Both the position numbers and the translations under genes were made by a program. Of a stretch of DNA of 64,000 bases, positions 19,059 to 28,740 are shown piece after piece. Position 1 is the stretch's first letter, and every line of letters begins with the position of its first letter. The notes under the pieces are model-generated. The model saw only the letters and a program-made list of their open reading frames with translations. It was not told the DNA's origin and did no database searches. The DNA is from Syntrophomonadaceae bacterium (GTDB lineage Bacteria > Bacteroidota > Ignavibacteria > Ignavibacteriales > SURF-24): assembly GCA_050259615.1 (NCBI GenBank), contig JBLNAZ010000082.1, positions 23,374 through 87,373 on the forward strand, in the 5' to 3' direction.

Positions 19059-20528
19059 ATGATCAGCCTTGAAATCAATGAGAAAGCCCGCAAGAATAAC
19101 GTTCAGAGGTGCAGGGAAAAAAATATTATAATCCCTTCATTCGCCCAGATGAAAAATCCCGATACTGTTCCCGGCAATGTTAAGGAATGTCTGAAGCAGA
19201 CCGGAATGAAAGACATTGACCCTGTCAATCTGTTCCGCATCACGTGGAAAAATGAGCCCAAAGACAAAGGCGGGCTTTTTTCGGGCGTTAATTATCTTGA
19301 GCTTCCTGAAGAACTTACAGGCGTAAAGGCCAGGATAATAGCCCTTTTAGGTAAATGGTTTCCCATCGGGGCTCATAAAGTGGGGGCAGCTTTCGGATGC
19401 CTCGTCCCTCAGCTGGTTACAGGAAACTTCGATTCCACGTGGCAGAAAGCTGTATGGCCTTCAACGGGAAATTACTGCCGCGGCGGCGCCTTTAACTCTG
19501 CACTGCTTGGCTGCAGCTCAATTGCAATACTGCCCGAAGGAATGAGCAGGGAGAGATTTGAATGGCTGAAAAGCCTTTCCGGAGAAGTTATTGCCACGCC
19601 CGGAAGTGAAAGTAACGTTAAGGAGATTTTTGATAAGTGCAAAGAGCTGAAGTCGGAAAGGCCGGATGTTGTTATATTCAACCAGTTTGACGAGCCCGGC
19701 AATTACCTCTGGCACTATGAGGTGACGGGAAGCGCCATTTCTGAACTCTTTGAAGCCCTTAGAAAAAGAAACGCCCGGCTGAGTATGGCAGGTTTTGTTT
19801 CTTCAACCGGCTCTGCAGGCACAATAGCCGCAGGCGACAACCTGAAGGAAAAATATCCCTTTATGAAGATTGCAGCTTCAGAAGCCCTGCAGTGCCCTAC
19901 ACTCCTCGAAAACGGCTTCGGAAGCCACAGAATTGAGGGAATTGGGGATAAACATGTTCCCTGGATCCATAACGTGCGCAATACGGACGTTGTGACGGAT
20001 ATTGATGATAATGCCTGCATAAGCCTTCTCAGGCTCTTTAACGAGCCACTGGGGCGTGAATTCATGATAAGGGAGGGCATTCCTGCAGATGTCGTCCTGA
20101 AACTTCACCTTGCGGGAATTTCGGGAATTGCAAACCTGCTTTCTGCAGTTAAAATGGCAAGATATTATGAGCTAACCGAAAATGACGTTATTTTTACTGT
20201 TCTTACCGATTCAAGCGATATGTACAATTCCAGGATTCAGGAACTGAGAGGCTCAGACGGGGAGTTTACCTTAAGAGAGGCTTCCAAGGCTTTCGACAGG
20301 TATTTAATGCCCTCAACGGACATCTCGCACCTTAAAGAGCTTGATTATTACGAGAAAAAAAGAATTCACAACTTAAAATATTTCACCTGGGTAGAGCAGC
20401 AGAACAAGAGCGTAGATGAGCTTAATGCCCAGTGGTACGATCCTGAATACTGGAATGGAATTAGAAAACAGGCTGGTGAAATTGACCGTCTGATTGAAGA
20501 TTTTAACAAAGAGGTTAGCTGCATATGA
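19059..20528 (+). CDS. long fold-type II PLP-dependent enzyme (cysteine synthase / TrpB-like superfamily), specific function unknown
   Basis: Lysine context GAHKVGAAFG and glycine-rich loop SSTGSAGT. I prefer ATG 19059 (AAGGG 8 nt upstream) over the tracked GTG 19032. Confidence 0.8.
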   Translation: MISLEINEKARKNNVQRCREKNIIIPSFAQMKNPDTVPGNVKECLKQTGMKDIDPVNLFRITWKNEPKDKGGLFSGVNYLELPEELTGVKARIIALLGKWFPIGAHKVGAAFGCLVPQLVTGNFDSTWQKAVWPSTGNYCRGGAFNSALLGCSSIAILPEGMSRERFEWLKSLSGEVIATPGSESNVKEIFDKCKELKSERPDVVIFNQFDEPGNYLWHYEVTGSAISELFEALRKRNARLSMAGFVSSTGSAGTIAAGDNLKEKYPFMKIAASEALQCPTLLENGFGSHRIEGIGDKHVPWIHNVRNTDVVTDIDDNACISLLRLFNEPLGREFMIREGIPADVVLKLHLAGISGIANLLSAVKMARYYELTENDVIFTVLTDSSDMYNSRIQELRGSDGEFTLREASKAFDRYLMPSTDISHLKELDYYEKKRIHNLKYFTWVEQQNKSVDELNAQWYDPEYWNGIRKQAGEIDRLIEDFNKEVSCI

Positions 20529-21394
20529 TGGAGGTTTTTGAAGAACTTCAAAACAGAGTAAAAGGAAATAAGGCTTCGGTTCTTGTTACAATAATCAGCT
20601 CAAAGGGAAGCTCTCCCGGAAAGCCCGGCTTTAAGATGCTTGTTGGCGAAGAGGGCAGAATATTAGGAACTGTGGGCGGCGGGGGACCGGAGTTCTACGC
20701 CATTTCGAGAAGTAAAGAGCTGCTGGCCTCAGGCATTAATAACATAACTGAGACTCTGGTCTTAAGAGAGTCCTCCGAAGAAGCGGCTAAGGAAGGGAAA
20801 AGGGAAGACGGCAAAATTGAAATTCCCTCGCTTTGCGGAGGCGAAGTTACGCTCTTCTATGAAGTCTTCGGCAAAGCAGATTTATTATACATATTCGGTG
20901 CCGGACACGTGGGGCAGGCTGTAGCCCGTATGGGTAAAATACTCAACTATAATGTTGTTATGATTGATAACAGGGAAGATGTATTAAGCGGAATTCCTCT
21001 TAATTATTATAATGAAAAGCATTATGCCGATTTCCCGAAACTTGTTTCTGAGGCGAAGAGCCCTATTGACGTTAATGTACAGGGCTTTGCGATAATTCTT
21101 ACACATAACCATTTAAATGACATGAACGTTCTCCATTTTTTGTATAAGAATTATCCCGAAATGAAATATATAGGTTTAATAGGATCCGTACGCAAGGTTA
21201 AAGAGGCCCTGGGCATTGTGAACAGGGAATTGGGTGGAAATCTGAATTTTCAGAATCTTTATGCCCCCATTGGAGCGGACCTCGGGGGCAATACTCCGGA
21301 TGAAATTGCCTTAAGCATCCTTTCCGAGATTCAGGCTCTCAGATACGGTAAAGAGTTAAAACACCTGCGCCTGGATTACAATAAAATTTTATAA
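20525..21394 (+). CDS. XdhC/CoxI-family molybdenum hydroxylase maturation protein (YqeB-related)
   Basis: XdhC N-domain VLVTIISSKGSSPGKPGFKMLV and Rossmann part LYIFGAGHVGQAVA. ATGA overlap with the upstream gene. Confidence 0.82.
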   Translation: MMEVFEELQNRVKGNKASVLVTIISSKGSSPGKPGFKMLVGEEGRILGTVGGGGPEFYAISRSKELLASGINNITETLVLRESSEEAAKEGKREDGKIEIPSLCGGEVTLFYEVFGKADLLYIFGAGHVGQAVARMGKILNYNVVMIDNREDVLSGIPLNYYNEKHYADFPKLVSEAKSPIDVNVQGFAIILTHNHLNDMNVLHFLYKNYPEMKYIGLIGSVRKVKEALGIVNRELGGNLNFQNLYAPIGADLGGNTPDEIALSILSEIQALRYGKELKHLRLDYNKIL

Positions 21395-21702
21395 ATAATT
21401 ATTATAAATTTTCAGGAAATTTGTATAATTTAACGGAACAAAATCTATTTACTAATCGTCTTAATTATTGATAAAAAAGGGAAATGAGGTATTCTGTTAT
21501 CCCGAATTTTGTGCTGAAAGTAAATATTTAATTAATCAGTTAAATTAATATTACTTAATAGACTTAGGAGCAGCTTTTTCCTGTGGCCGGTTCTCCAGTT
21601 GCTTTTAATGAATTTCATTAGTCTCCTTAAGCCATTTTCTGCAAAATCCGGAATTATCAGATCCTCTCTTACAAATCAAACAAATTAATTATTGGAGTTA
21701 TT

Positions 21703-22134
21703 ATGAGGATCCAGCGTTATTTATTGGTTGCTGCTGCTGTTTTATGCTTATCATTCAGCCTTAAAGCAGCCGTTCAGGGGGAAGATGAAGTTAAACAGGC
21801 AGTTACAAGTTTCGAAAAAGCTATTGATACCAAAAATGTTTCCAATCTCCAGCAGCTTCTGGCTGCTAATGCCAGCATCTCAACCCTTAATAAGATTAAC
21901 AACAACTTTACCCAGTTTGCTGCTGCAGATTACATCAACTCTGTAAAATCCGGTAAAATAGGCGGATGGGAAAGAAACATGACAATCAGCTCAGTTGACG
22001 TTAACGACAACTTAGCAATAGCTAAAGTTGAGCTTACAGACGCCAGATTAAAACAGGTTGAATATGTCACTTTGATGAAAGTAGGTGGCAGCTGGAAGGT
22101 TGTTAACTCAGCTCTTACGATTGAAAAGAAGTAA
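21703..22134 (+). CDS. secreted NTF2/SnoaL-like protein (putative lumazine-binding family-like)
   Basis: Signal peptide LLVAAAVLCLSFSLKA. Single small domain ending YVTLMKVGGSWKVVN, a pattern I recall from the Lumazine_bd_2 family. A strong terminator follows. Confidence 0.7.
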   Translation: MRIQRYLLVAAAVLCLSFSLKAAVQGEDEVKQAVTSFEKAIDTKNVSNLQQLLAANASISTLNKINNNFTQFAAADYINSVKSGKIGGWERNMTISSVDVNDNLAIAKVELTDARLKQVEYVTLMKVGGSWKVVNSALTIEKK

Positions 22135-22156
22135 TTCTGAAAAAAGAATGCTTTAA

Positions 22157-22191
22157 TGAAAATCCCGGCCCCTTTCGGCCGGGATTTTTTT
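22157..22191. terminator. bidirectional rho-independent terminator
   Basis: 10-bp stem AATCCCGGCC (22161..22170) / GGCCGGGATT (22177..22186), with an A-run before and a T-run after. It lies between convergent genes. Confidence 0.85.
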
Positions 22192-22199
22192 CTAAATTT

Positions 22200-23624
22200 T
22201 TAATTGAACAAATATTTCCCGTATCCCTTGTTAACAGTTATCCCTGCCTTGCTGCCGTAAATAATTCTGCCCCTTAAAATTGTAAGAAGAACTTTACCAT
22301 TGAATGTTTCGCCGAAAAACGGGGAAGTTTCACCTTTCGACAGGAGGTCTTCTTTCCGGAATGTCCAGGCGGCATCTTTATCTATAAGAGTCAGGTCGGC
22401 ATCTGAACCCTTAAGGATGCACCCCTTTTGGGGATAAATGTTGTATCTCAATGCTGCATTTTTTGAAGTAACTTCAATAAATCTTTTCAGGTCAATGCGG
22501 CCTTTCATATAACCCTCTGAAAAGACAGACGTCATAAGCGTCTGCGTTCCCGGAATTCCTCCGTAATCCAATGCGAATGAGCCTGAGCTTTTTTCCTTCA
22601 GGCTTGCAGGGGCATGGTCCGATGCTGCAAATGAGCAGCTGCCGTCCTTCAGATACTGCCATAGGCCCTCCCTGTCAATTTTATCCTTCACGCCTGGCAT
22701 GGTCTTTAAGGATGAACCTTTTGCTTCATAATCCTTGTACGTAAACCAAAGGTAATGAGGGCACGTCTCATAAGTTACGTCCAGTTTATCCTTTACGTCA
22801 TTTATTATTCTGGCTGCAGCCGAACTTCCCACGTGAACAATATGCAGGCTTCCCTGGACGGCTCTTGTTATTTCAACGGCATTTGCAACGGCCAGTATTT
22901 CGGCAAGGGCCGGCCTCGATAAATAGTACCTGTAGTAATCATCAGCCCTGTCCTTTAAGACTGCCTCCAGTTCTCTGATCAGATCGTATTCCTCGGCGTG
23001 AAGAAGAACAGGCATTGAGAGTTCTTTGGCTTTCTGCATTATCTTGAAAAACTGATATTTGCTTACCCTGGGATATGACGCCATGCCAGATGTAAAATAG
23101 GTCTTAAAGCCTTTTACGCCGCGCTCTGCAAGTTCACACATATTCCTGCAGTAACTTTCAAAATTACCCGCATCAATGCCACCGAAGAGGGCGAAATCCA
23201 CGCACGAACCCAATTTCACTGCATCCAGTTTAACGTCAAAACTGTTCCCGTTTACTACCGGGGGGATAGATGTGCACGGCATATCTATTACCGTGGTAAC
23301 ACCGCCGGCAGCAGAAGACATGCTGCCATGGTAAAAATCCTCCCTTTCTGTAAAGCCCGGAGTATCAAAGTGCACATGAGGGTCTATACCTCCCGGAACG
23401 GCAATTATCCCTTCGGCATCAATGATGGATTTTTCAGGTTCACTGTTGATAACCTTTATATCTTCCTTTGTCAGTTCTTTTAACCTGTAAGTCTTTGCTG
23501 AGCCTTCGGGCATTATGAGTGCCAGGTTTTCTTCATAGCCCGTTATCTTGTCGGTAAAAAGAAAATCAACAGTTCTTTGGCTCTGTGTGACTTCATCGTA
23601 TATATAGCAGTTTTTTAGTATCAT
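22200..23624 (-). CDS. cyclic amidohydrolase (allantoinase / hydantoinase / dihydropyrimidinase family; hyuA position)
   Basis: GGIDPHVHFDTPG (HxH), VKGFKTY (carbamylated Lys context), LLHAEE, ASDHAP. FDTPGFTEREDF looks more allantoinase-like than D-hydantoinase-like. Confidence 0.85.
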   Translation of the reverse strand: MILKNCYIYDEVTQSQRTVDFLFTDKITGYEENLALIMPEGSAKTYRLKELTKEDIKVINSEPEKSIIDAEGIIAVPGGIDPHVHFDTPGFTEREDFYHGSMSSAAGGVTTVIDMPCTSIPPVVNGNSFDVKLDAVKLGSCVDFALFGGIDAGNFESYCRNMCELAERGVKGFKTYFTSGMASYPRVSKYQFFKIMQKAKELSMPVLLHAEEYDLIRELEAVLKDRADDYYRYYLSRPALAEILAVANAVEITRAVQGSLHIVHVGSSAAARIINDVKDKLDVTYETCPHYLWFTYKDYEAKGSSLKTMPGVKDKIDREGLWQYLKDGSCSFAASDHAPASLKEKSSGSFALDYGGIPGTQTLMTSVFSEGYMKGRIDLKRFIEVTSKNAALRYNIYPQKGCILKGSDADLTLIDKDAAWTFRKEDLLSKGETSPFFGETFNGKVLLTILRGRIIYGSKAGITVNKGYGKYLFN

Positions 23625-23656
23625 AATAATTTCTGTTTAGATAATTATTCATATTA

Positions 23657-26002
23657 TTACAAAGTCAGCTTTTCCGAAATTGAATTTTCAAATGCACGGA
23701 GTACTTTTTCAGGCGTAAACGGCGCAGAGAAAAGCCTTTTGCCCGTAGCATTATAAAAAGCATTTGCCACTGAAGGCAGAGCCCCGTTTATGTTTATTTC
23801 AGAAATTGACTTTGCGCCGAACGGGCCGGTTTCCTCGTATGAATTTACTAAAAATACTTCAACCGGGGGAACGTCGGGTGCCGTCATTACTCCGTACTTT
23901 CCGAATGTATCATTAAGAAGCTTCCCTTTTTCTGAGAAGTAATAGTCCTCAAAAAGAGCATAAGCAAGGCCGCTTACAATCGCACCCTGCGCCTGCCCTT
24001 CAGCCAGCACAGGATTAATAGGTATTCCACAGTCAACAGCAGCCACATAGTTCAGCACTTTTATAGTTCCCGTCAGGCTGTCAACCTCAATTTCCGCAAA
24101 ATGCGCCGCAAACGGGGGCGGCGACTTGGGGGACATATGTGAGGCAGTGGCCTGTATCTGGTACTGGTTTTTTCCGTAAAAACTATAGCGGCATATTTCT
24201 TCAAAAGAAACTCCTGACATGCCGTCTTTCGAAATAACCGAGCTGTCTTTTAATTCCACTTTGCTTTCTTCAAGATTTAAGATCTCGGCGCCGGTCTTTA
24301 GTATCTGGTTTCTGATTTCCCCGGCACATTTTATTACTGCCTGCCCAGATAAATAAGTAGTTGATGAAGCGTAAGCTCCTTTATCAAACGGCGTATGGTC
24401 TGTGTCGGATGAATTAACAATCATCTTACTAACCGGTGTGTCCAGCACTTCGGAGGCTATCTGTGCCAGAATGGTATCGGAGCCTGTTCCAAGGTCAGTT
24501 GCTCCAATAAGGAGGTTGAAAGATCCGTCGTCATTCATTTTCATATAGGCTGAGGCCATATCAATTTCAGGAATGGCACTTCCCTGCATCATAACGCTCA
24601 TTCCTATTCCTCTTTTAATTCTGCCCGAGTTAAAAGGGGAGTCTTTGCCGTAGAGTTTTCTTTTTTCGTACCAGCCGGACTCCTTTGCGCCAATAGTGAT
24701 GCATTCTTCAAGAGAAGAAGATCCTATTGTCATTGCAACGCCTTCTTTTCCTTCTCCCAAGGCCTGGAAAATCGGGGAGGTTTCGCCTGACCTGATCGTC
24801 CATTTTTTATAGAATTCAATTATGTCTGTACCTGTATCCTCGCAGATCATATCAACTATTTGTCCAAAGCCGAAATATGCTTCAGTTGCCCCGTAGCCCC
24901 TGTAGGCCCCGCCGCATGGGAGATTTGTATAGACCCCCTTGCCTGTAAACTTCAGGTGTTCAATTTTATTGAGTAACGGAAGAGTCTTGCTTCCCGCGTT
25001 TGAAAGCACCGTAAGGGCGTGTGAGCCGTAGCCGCCGGAGTTTTCAAGAGCGTCGAGGTGCAGGGCATTAATTCTGCCGTCAGGGTCATACCCGGCCTTA
25101 AAAATTGTTCTGTACTGATGGCGTGTGCGTGAGGACCTGAAGACCTCTTTTCTTGAATAGGTGAGTTTTGCAGGGCGCTTTGTGCGCCAGGTAATTAAAG
25201 CCGCGACGGGTTCAAGTAAAACTTCCTGCTTGCCCCCGAAACCTCCGCCAACCCTGGGTTTTATTACCCTGATCTGTGAAATTGGAATTTCACATACAGA
25301 AGAAACAATTCTTCTTACATGAAACGGCACCTGTGTTGTGGAGCGGATTACAAGGCGCCCGCGGCTGTCGAGGTATGAAATAGCAGCATGCGGCTCAATT
25401 GCGCAATGTGAAGCATATGGCGCATGGAATGTGCACTCCAGTTTTTTTGGCGAGCTTTCATATGCCTCCTCAAAGTCGCCTACCGAGGCTTCCACTTTTG
25501 CTGCAATGTTTTCAGGAGCGTTGTAGTAAACAGGTATTTTTGCATGGGAGCCGTCGTTATCATGAATTACAATATCAGAACCCTCGGCCTTTTCAAAATC
25601 GAGCACTGCATTTAGAACATTAAATTTTACTTTTATTTTGCTTAATGCGGCTTCTGCAATTTCTTTGCTTTCTGCCGCAACGGCACACACATTATCCCCA
25701 ACAAAGCGCATAACATCGTTGAAGAGGCAGGTATCATATGGTGAAGGCTCCGGGTATCCCTGCCCTGCAGTGGTATAAAGAATTTTTTTTATGTTTTTAT
25801 ATGAAAGGACTTCAACAACGCCGTCCATTTTGCGGGCTTCCGAGTCGTCAATATCTTCTATTTTTGCGTGGGCATAGCCGGAGTGCAGAATTGCAACGTA
25901 AAGCATGTCCTTGTACTTAAAGTCGTCGGTATATTGTTCCTCGCCCGTAACCAGAGCCATGCCGTCAGTTTTTTCTATTGGGTGGTTTACATATCTGAAC
26001 AT
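23657..26002 (-). CDS. xanthine dehydrogenase-family molybdopterin-binding subunit (three-subunit enzyme)
   Basis: 781 aa. a/b-hammerhead N-terminus, GGGFGGK, GGAYRGYGATE, C-terminal PFGAKSISE (active-site Glu region). It overlaps the Fe-S subunit gene by 16 nt. Confidence 0.9.
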   Translation of the reverse strand: MFRYVNHPIEKTDGMALVTGEEQYTDDFKYKDMLYVAILHSGYAHAKIEDIDDSEARKMDGVVEVLSYKNIKKILYTTAGQGYPEPSPYDTCLFNDVMRFVGDNVCAVAAESKEIAEAALSKIKVKFNVLNAVLDFEKAEGSDIVIHDNDGSHAKIPVYYNAPENIAAKVEASVGDFEEAYESSPKKLECTFHAPYASHCAIEPHAAISYLDSRGRLVIRSTTQVPFHVRRIVSSVCEIPISQIRVIKPRVGGGFGGKQEVLLEPVAALITWRTKRPAKLTYSRKEVFRSSRTRHQYRTIFKAGYDPDGRINALHLDALENSGGYGSHALTVLSNAGSKTLPLLNKIEHLKFTGKGVYTNLPCGGAYRGYGATEAYFGFGQIVDMICEDTGTDIIEFYKKWTIRSGETSPIFQALGEGKEGVAMTIGSSSLEECITIGAKESGWYEKRKLYGKDSPFNSGRIKRGIGMSVMMQGSAIPEIDMASAYMKMNDDGSFNLLIGATDLGTGSDTILAQIASEVLDTPVSKMIVNSSDTDHTPFDKGAYASSTTYLSGQAVIKCAGEIRNQILKTGAEILNLEESKVELKDSSVISKDGMSGVSFEEICRYSFYGKNQYQIQATASHMSPKSPPPFAAHFAEIEVDSLTGTIKVLNYVAAVDCGIPINPVLAEGQAQGAIVSGLAYALFEDYYFSEKGKLLNDTFGKYGVMTAPDVPPVEVFLVNSYEETGPFGAKSISEININGALPSVANAFYNATGKRLFSAPFTPEKVLRAFENSISEKLTL

Positions 26003-26490
26003 ACTGCCTCCGGTTTATTTGTTTCTTCTATAAGAGAAGCTTTTGCCGCGTTTTCTACGGCTTCCACAATTTTAACATATCCCGTGCAGCGGCAGAGATT
26101 TCCGTCAAGTCCGCGTTTTATGTCCTCTTTACTGGGTTTGTTGTTTGTTTGCTTCAGAATGCTGTATGAGGCAACGACCATTCCCGGTGAACAGAAGCCG
26201 CACTGGTCGGCTCCGGCTTCAACAAAAGCTTTCTGTATCATGTGCGGGAGGTGAATTGTCCCAATGCCTTTTACGGTTTTGATTTTTTTATCCCTCACGC
26301 TCATTGCAAGAACCTGGCACGAGTTTACCGGCCAGTCATCCAGAAGCACCAGGCAGGCGCCGCATTCGCCTTCATTGCAGCCGCATTTTACTTCTGTATA
26401 ATCGTTATTTCTTAAAACTGCAAGAAGCGTTTCATTCGGCTTTACTTCCAGCTCTTTTGTCCGGGAGTTTATGCTAAAGGGAATTTTCAT
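25987..26490 (-). CDS. [2Fe-2S]-binding subunit of molybdenum hydroxylase
   Basis: CGCNEGECGACLV (plant-type cluster), plus CGFCSPG and CRCTGY (second cluster). Confidence 0.9.
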   Translation of the reverse strand: MKIPFSINSRTKELEVKPNETLLAVLRNNDYTEVKCGCNEGECGACLVLLDDWPVNSCQVLAMSVRDKKIKTVKGIGTIHLPHMIQKAFVEAGADQCGFCSPGMVVASYSILKQTNNKPSKEDIKRGLDGNLCRCTGYVKIVEAVENAAKASLIEETNKPEAVCSDM

Positions 26491-27311
26491 CTTGCGCCTC
26501 CCTTAAGTTCGTTTAATAGGTCCATGAAGTATATGCGCGCCGTTTTATCCTTATAGCCGGCGCTGAACTTATAGTCGGAAATAAACCCCGGATTAATATG
26601 CTTTAGCACATTCTCCAGAGGCATATCATCCATTGTTCTTCCTGAAAGCATTTTCTCTGCTTTCAGGAATCTCTTAAATCTTCCCCTTACTCCTGTAATT
26701 ACGAGTCGGGCATCTTCTATAATGCCGCCGTTTAGCCTGAGGCCTGCTGCAATTGTAAATAACGGATATTCAAATGCCAGCTGCGAAAACCTCTTTACCC
26801 CTGAAACTAAATTATTCTCATCATCAATTATAACATGCTTTATTACGTGTTTGTTTTTTATTATTCCTTTAGTAACATAGTCTTCAACCGTATGGATTTC
26901 AGATTTCCCCCTTAAGATTTCAATTCTGGCATTTAAGGCGATAAGAGGCGCATAAAGGCTCGACCAGACCGGAAAATCCTTCAGGGAGCCTCCAAGTGTA
27001 ATTCTGTTTCTTAAGGGAGTTGAAGCTGCATGTGAAAGTGCCTCACCCAGAATATGGAGCTTGTTTTCTTTCTTTGAAAATTTTACTAGTTCAGCGAACG
27101 TAACAGCCGAGCCTATATAGAAAGCATTGTCGATGTAGTTGATATAATTGAGGCCCAGAGAGCCCACGTCTATAAGAAGTTTTACCGATTTGGGGCAGGT
27201 TTTAAGTATTCTTGTTCCTCCGGCATGAAGTATTGCTCCGGGGCGCTTTAGTAATTGCGCCGCCTTTTCAACTGAGGAGGGGAATTCCCACTCTAAATTT
27301 TCTGGAAGCAT
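26487..27311 (-). CDS. FAD-binding subunit of molybdenum hydroxylase (CoxM/YgfM-like)
   Basis: HAGGTRIL and RNRITLGGSL motifs of the FAD_binding_5 / CO-dehydrogenase flavoprotein type. 4-nt overlap with the Fe-S subunit gene. Confidence 0.88.
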   Translation of the reverse strand: MLPENLEWEFPSSVEKAAQLLKRPGAILHAGGTRILKTCPKSVKLLIDVGSLGLNYINYIDNAFYIGSAVTFAELVKFSKKENKLHILGEALSHAASTPLRNRITLGGSLKDFPVWSSLYAPLIALNARIEILRGKSEIHTVEDYVTKGIIKNKHVIKHVIIDDENNLVSGVKRFSQLAFEYPLFTIAAGLRLNGGIIEDARLVITGVRGRFKRFLKAEKMLSGRTMDDMPLENVLKHINPGFISDYKFSAGYKDKTARIYFMDLLNELKGGAR

Positions 27312-27345
27312 ATTGTTTGCCTTTTTATGTTTTGTAAATAATTTG

Positions 27346-28707
27346 TTAGTTAAGCCTGCTCAAAAGCCTCCGGGAGATTTCATTCCCTTTTTTAATTAAA
27401 TATTCCTCATCCTCTCCAACGAGGTATCCGTTTTCAACCATAACTTTTCCGTTTACAACGGTGTATTTTGTTTCGTGGCTGATACCTGCAAAGATAAGTG
27501 CAGCAAGAGGATCCGACAGGCTTCCCGCATACTCCAGTTTATTTAAATTAAAGACAGCCAGGTCAGCCAGGAATCCTTCCCTTATTTTGCCCGTATTATT
27601 GTAGTTCAGTATTCTTGCTCCGTTTTCAGTTGCCATCTTAAAGACATCTTCACATTTCAAGGCCTCCGCGCCGTATTTTACCCTTTGCAGAAGCAGCGCA
27701 TTTCTCAGCTCGCCCAGCATGTCTGAACTGTCGTTTGAAGCCGAACCGTCAACGGCAAGCCCCACGTTTATTCCAAGCTTAAGCATATCCTTTATTCTTG
27801 CCACTCCTGAGCCGAGGCGCATATTTGAAGTAGGGCAGTGTGCAATTGATGTGTTTGTACGTGCAAGAACTTCCAGCTCCTCGTCGTTAAAGAAAACTCC
27901 GTGCGCAAAGAAAACATCGCTGCCGAGGAAGTCCACCTCTTCCATTACGGCAAGTGGATTTTTACCGAACATATTATTGCAGAAAACTTCTTCATCCATT
28001 GTTTCGGCTAAATGAGTATGGAGCCGCACGTTATGCTTTCTTGCAAGCTCGGCCGTTTTCTTCATATTTTCTTTTGTAACTGAAAATGGTGAGCATGGTG
28101 CCAGGACTATTTTCCGCATCGAGTCTTCTTCAGGGTCGTGATAGGTTTCTATTACACGCTCGCTGTCTTCAAGAATTCTATCTTCATTCTGCACCACGGA
28201 ATCCGGAGGCAGCCCGCCGAGCTTTTCCCCAAGCGACATGGAGCCGCGTGAAGGGGAGAACCGGATGCCAAGCTGACAGGCGGCTGAAAACTGGATCCCC
28301 ATCAGATCTCCCTTAAATCCTTCGGGATAAAGGTAATGGTGGTCGGTTGTCAGCGTGCAGCCTGTTTTCAAAAGCTCGCCAATTGCCATCATGGAAGAAT
28401 AATAAACAGCCTCTTCATCAATATTTTTCCATACCTGATAAAGATATTTAAGCCAGTCGAAAAGTTTTGCATTCTGCACTTCTTTCAGATTCCGTGTAAG
28501 CGTCTGAAAGAAATGATGATGCGTATTTACAAGCCCCGGTATAACAATGCATCCGGAGCAGTCGAGTATCTTATCAGTAATTAAATCGGCCTCAATATCC
28601 TTCCCGATCCGTTTTATACGGTTGTCGTCAATTAGTATGTCGGAGTTTGTAATTATCCTGTCCTGGTCAGGCTGTGCTATATAAGCACAATTTTTAAGCA
28701 GCAGCAT
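27346..28707 (-). CDS. amidohydrolase-superfamily deaminase (8-oxoguanine / guanine / isoxanthopterin deaminase-like)
   Basis: PGLVNTHHHFFQTLTR (HxH), HTHLAET, FAHGV, AVDGSASND. It lies between two molybdenum hydroxylase gene sets. Confidence 0.82.
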   Translation of the reverse strand: MLLLKNCAYIAQPDQDRIITNSDILIDDNRIKRIGKDIEADLITDKILDCSGCIVIPGLVNTHHHFFQTLTRNLKEVQNAKLFDWLKYLYQVWKNIDEEAVYYSSMMAIGELLKTGCTLTTDHHYLYPEGFKGDLMGIQFSAACQLGIRFSPSRGSMSLGEKLGGLPPDSVVQNEDRILEDSERVIETYHDPEEDSMRKIVLAPCSPFSVTKENMKKTAELARKHNVRLHTHLAETMDEEVFCNNMFGKNPLAVMEEVDFLGSDVFFAHGVFFNDEELEVLARTNTSIAHCPTSNMRLGSGVARIKDMLKLGINVGLAVDGSASNDSSDMLGELRNALLLQRVKYGAEALKCEDVFKMATENGARILNYNNTGKIREGFLADLAVFNLNKLEYAGSLSDPLAALIFAGISHETKYTVVNGKVMVENGYLVGEDEEYLIKKGNEISRRLLSRLN

Positions 28708-28740
28708 TTGAAACCTGTTTTTATTTATAAGTTAATTTTC

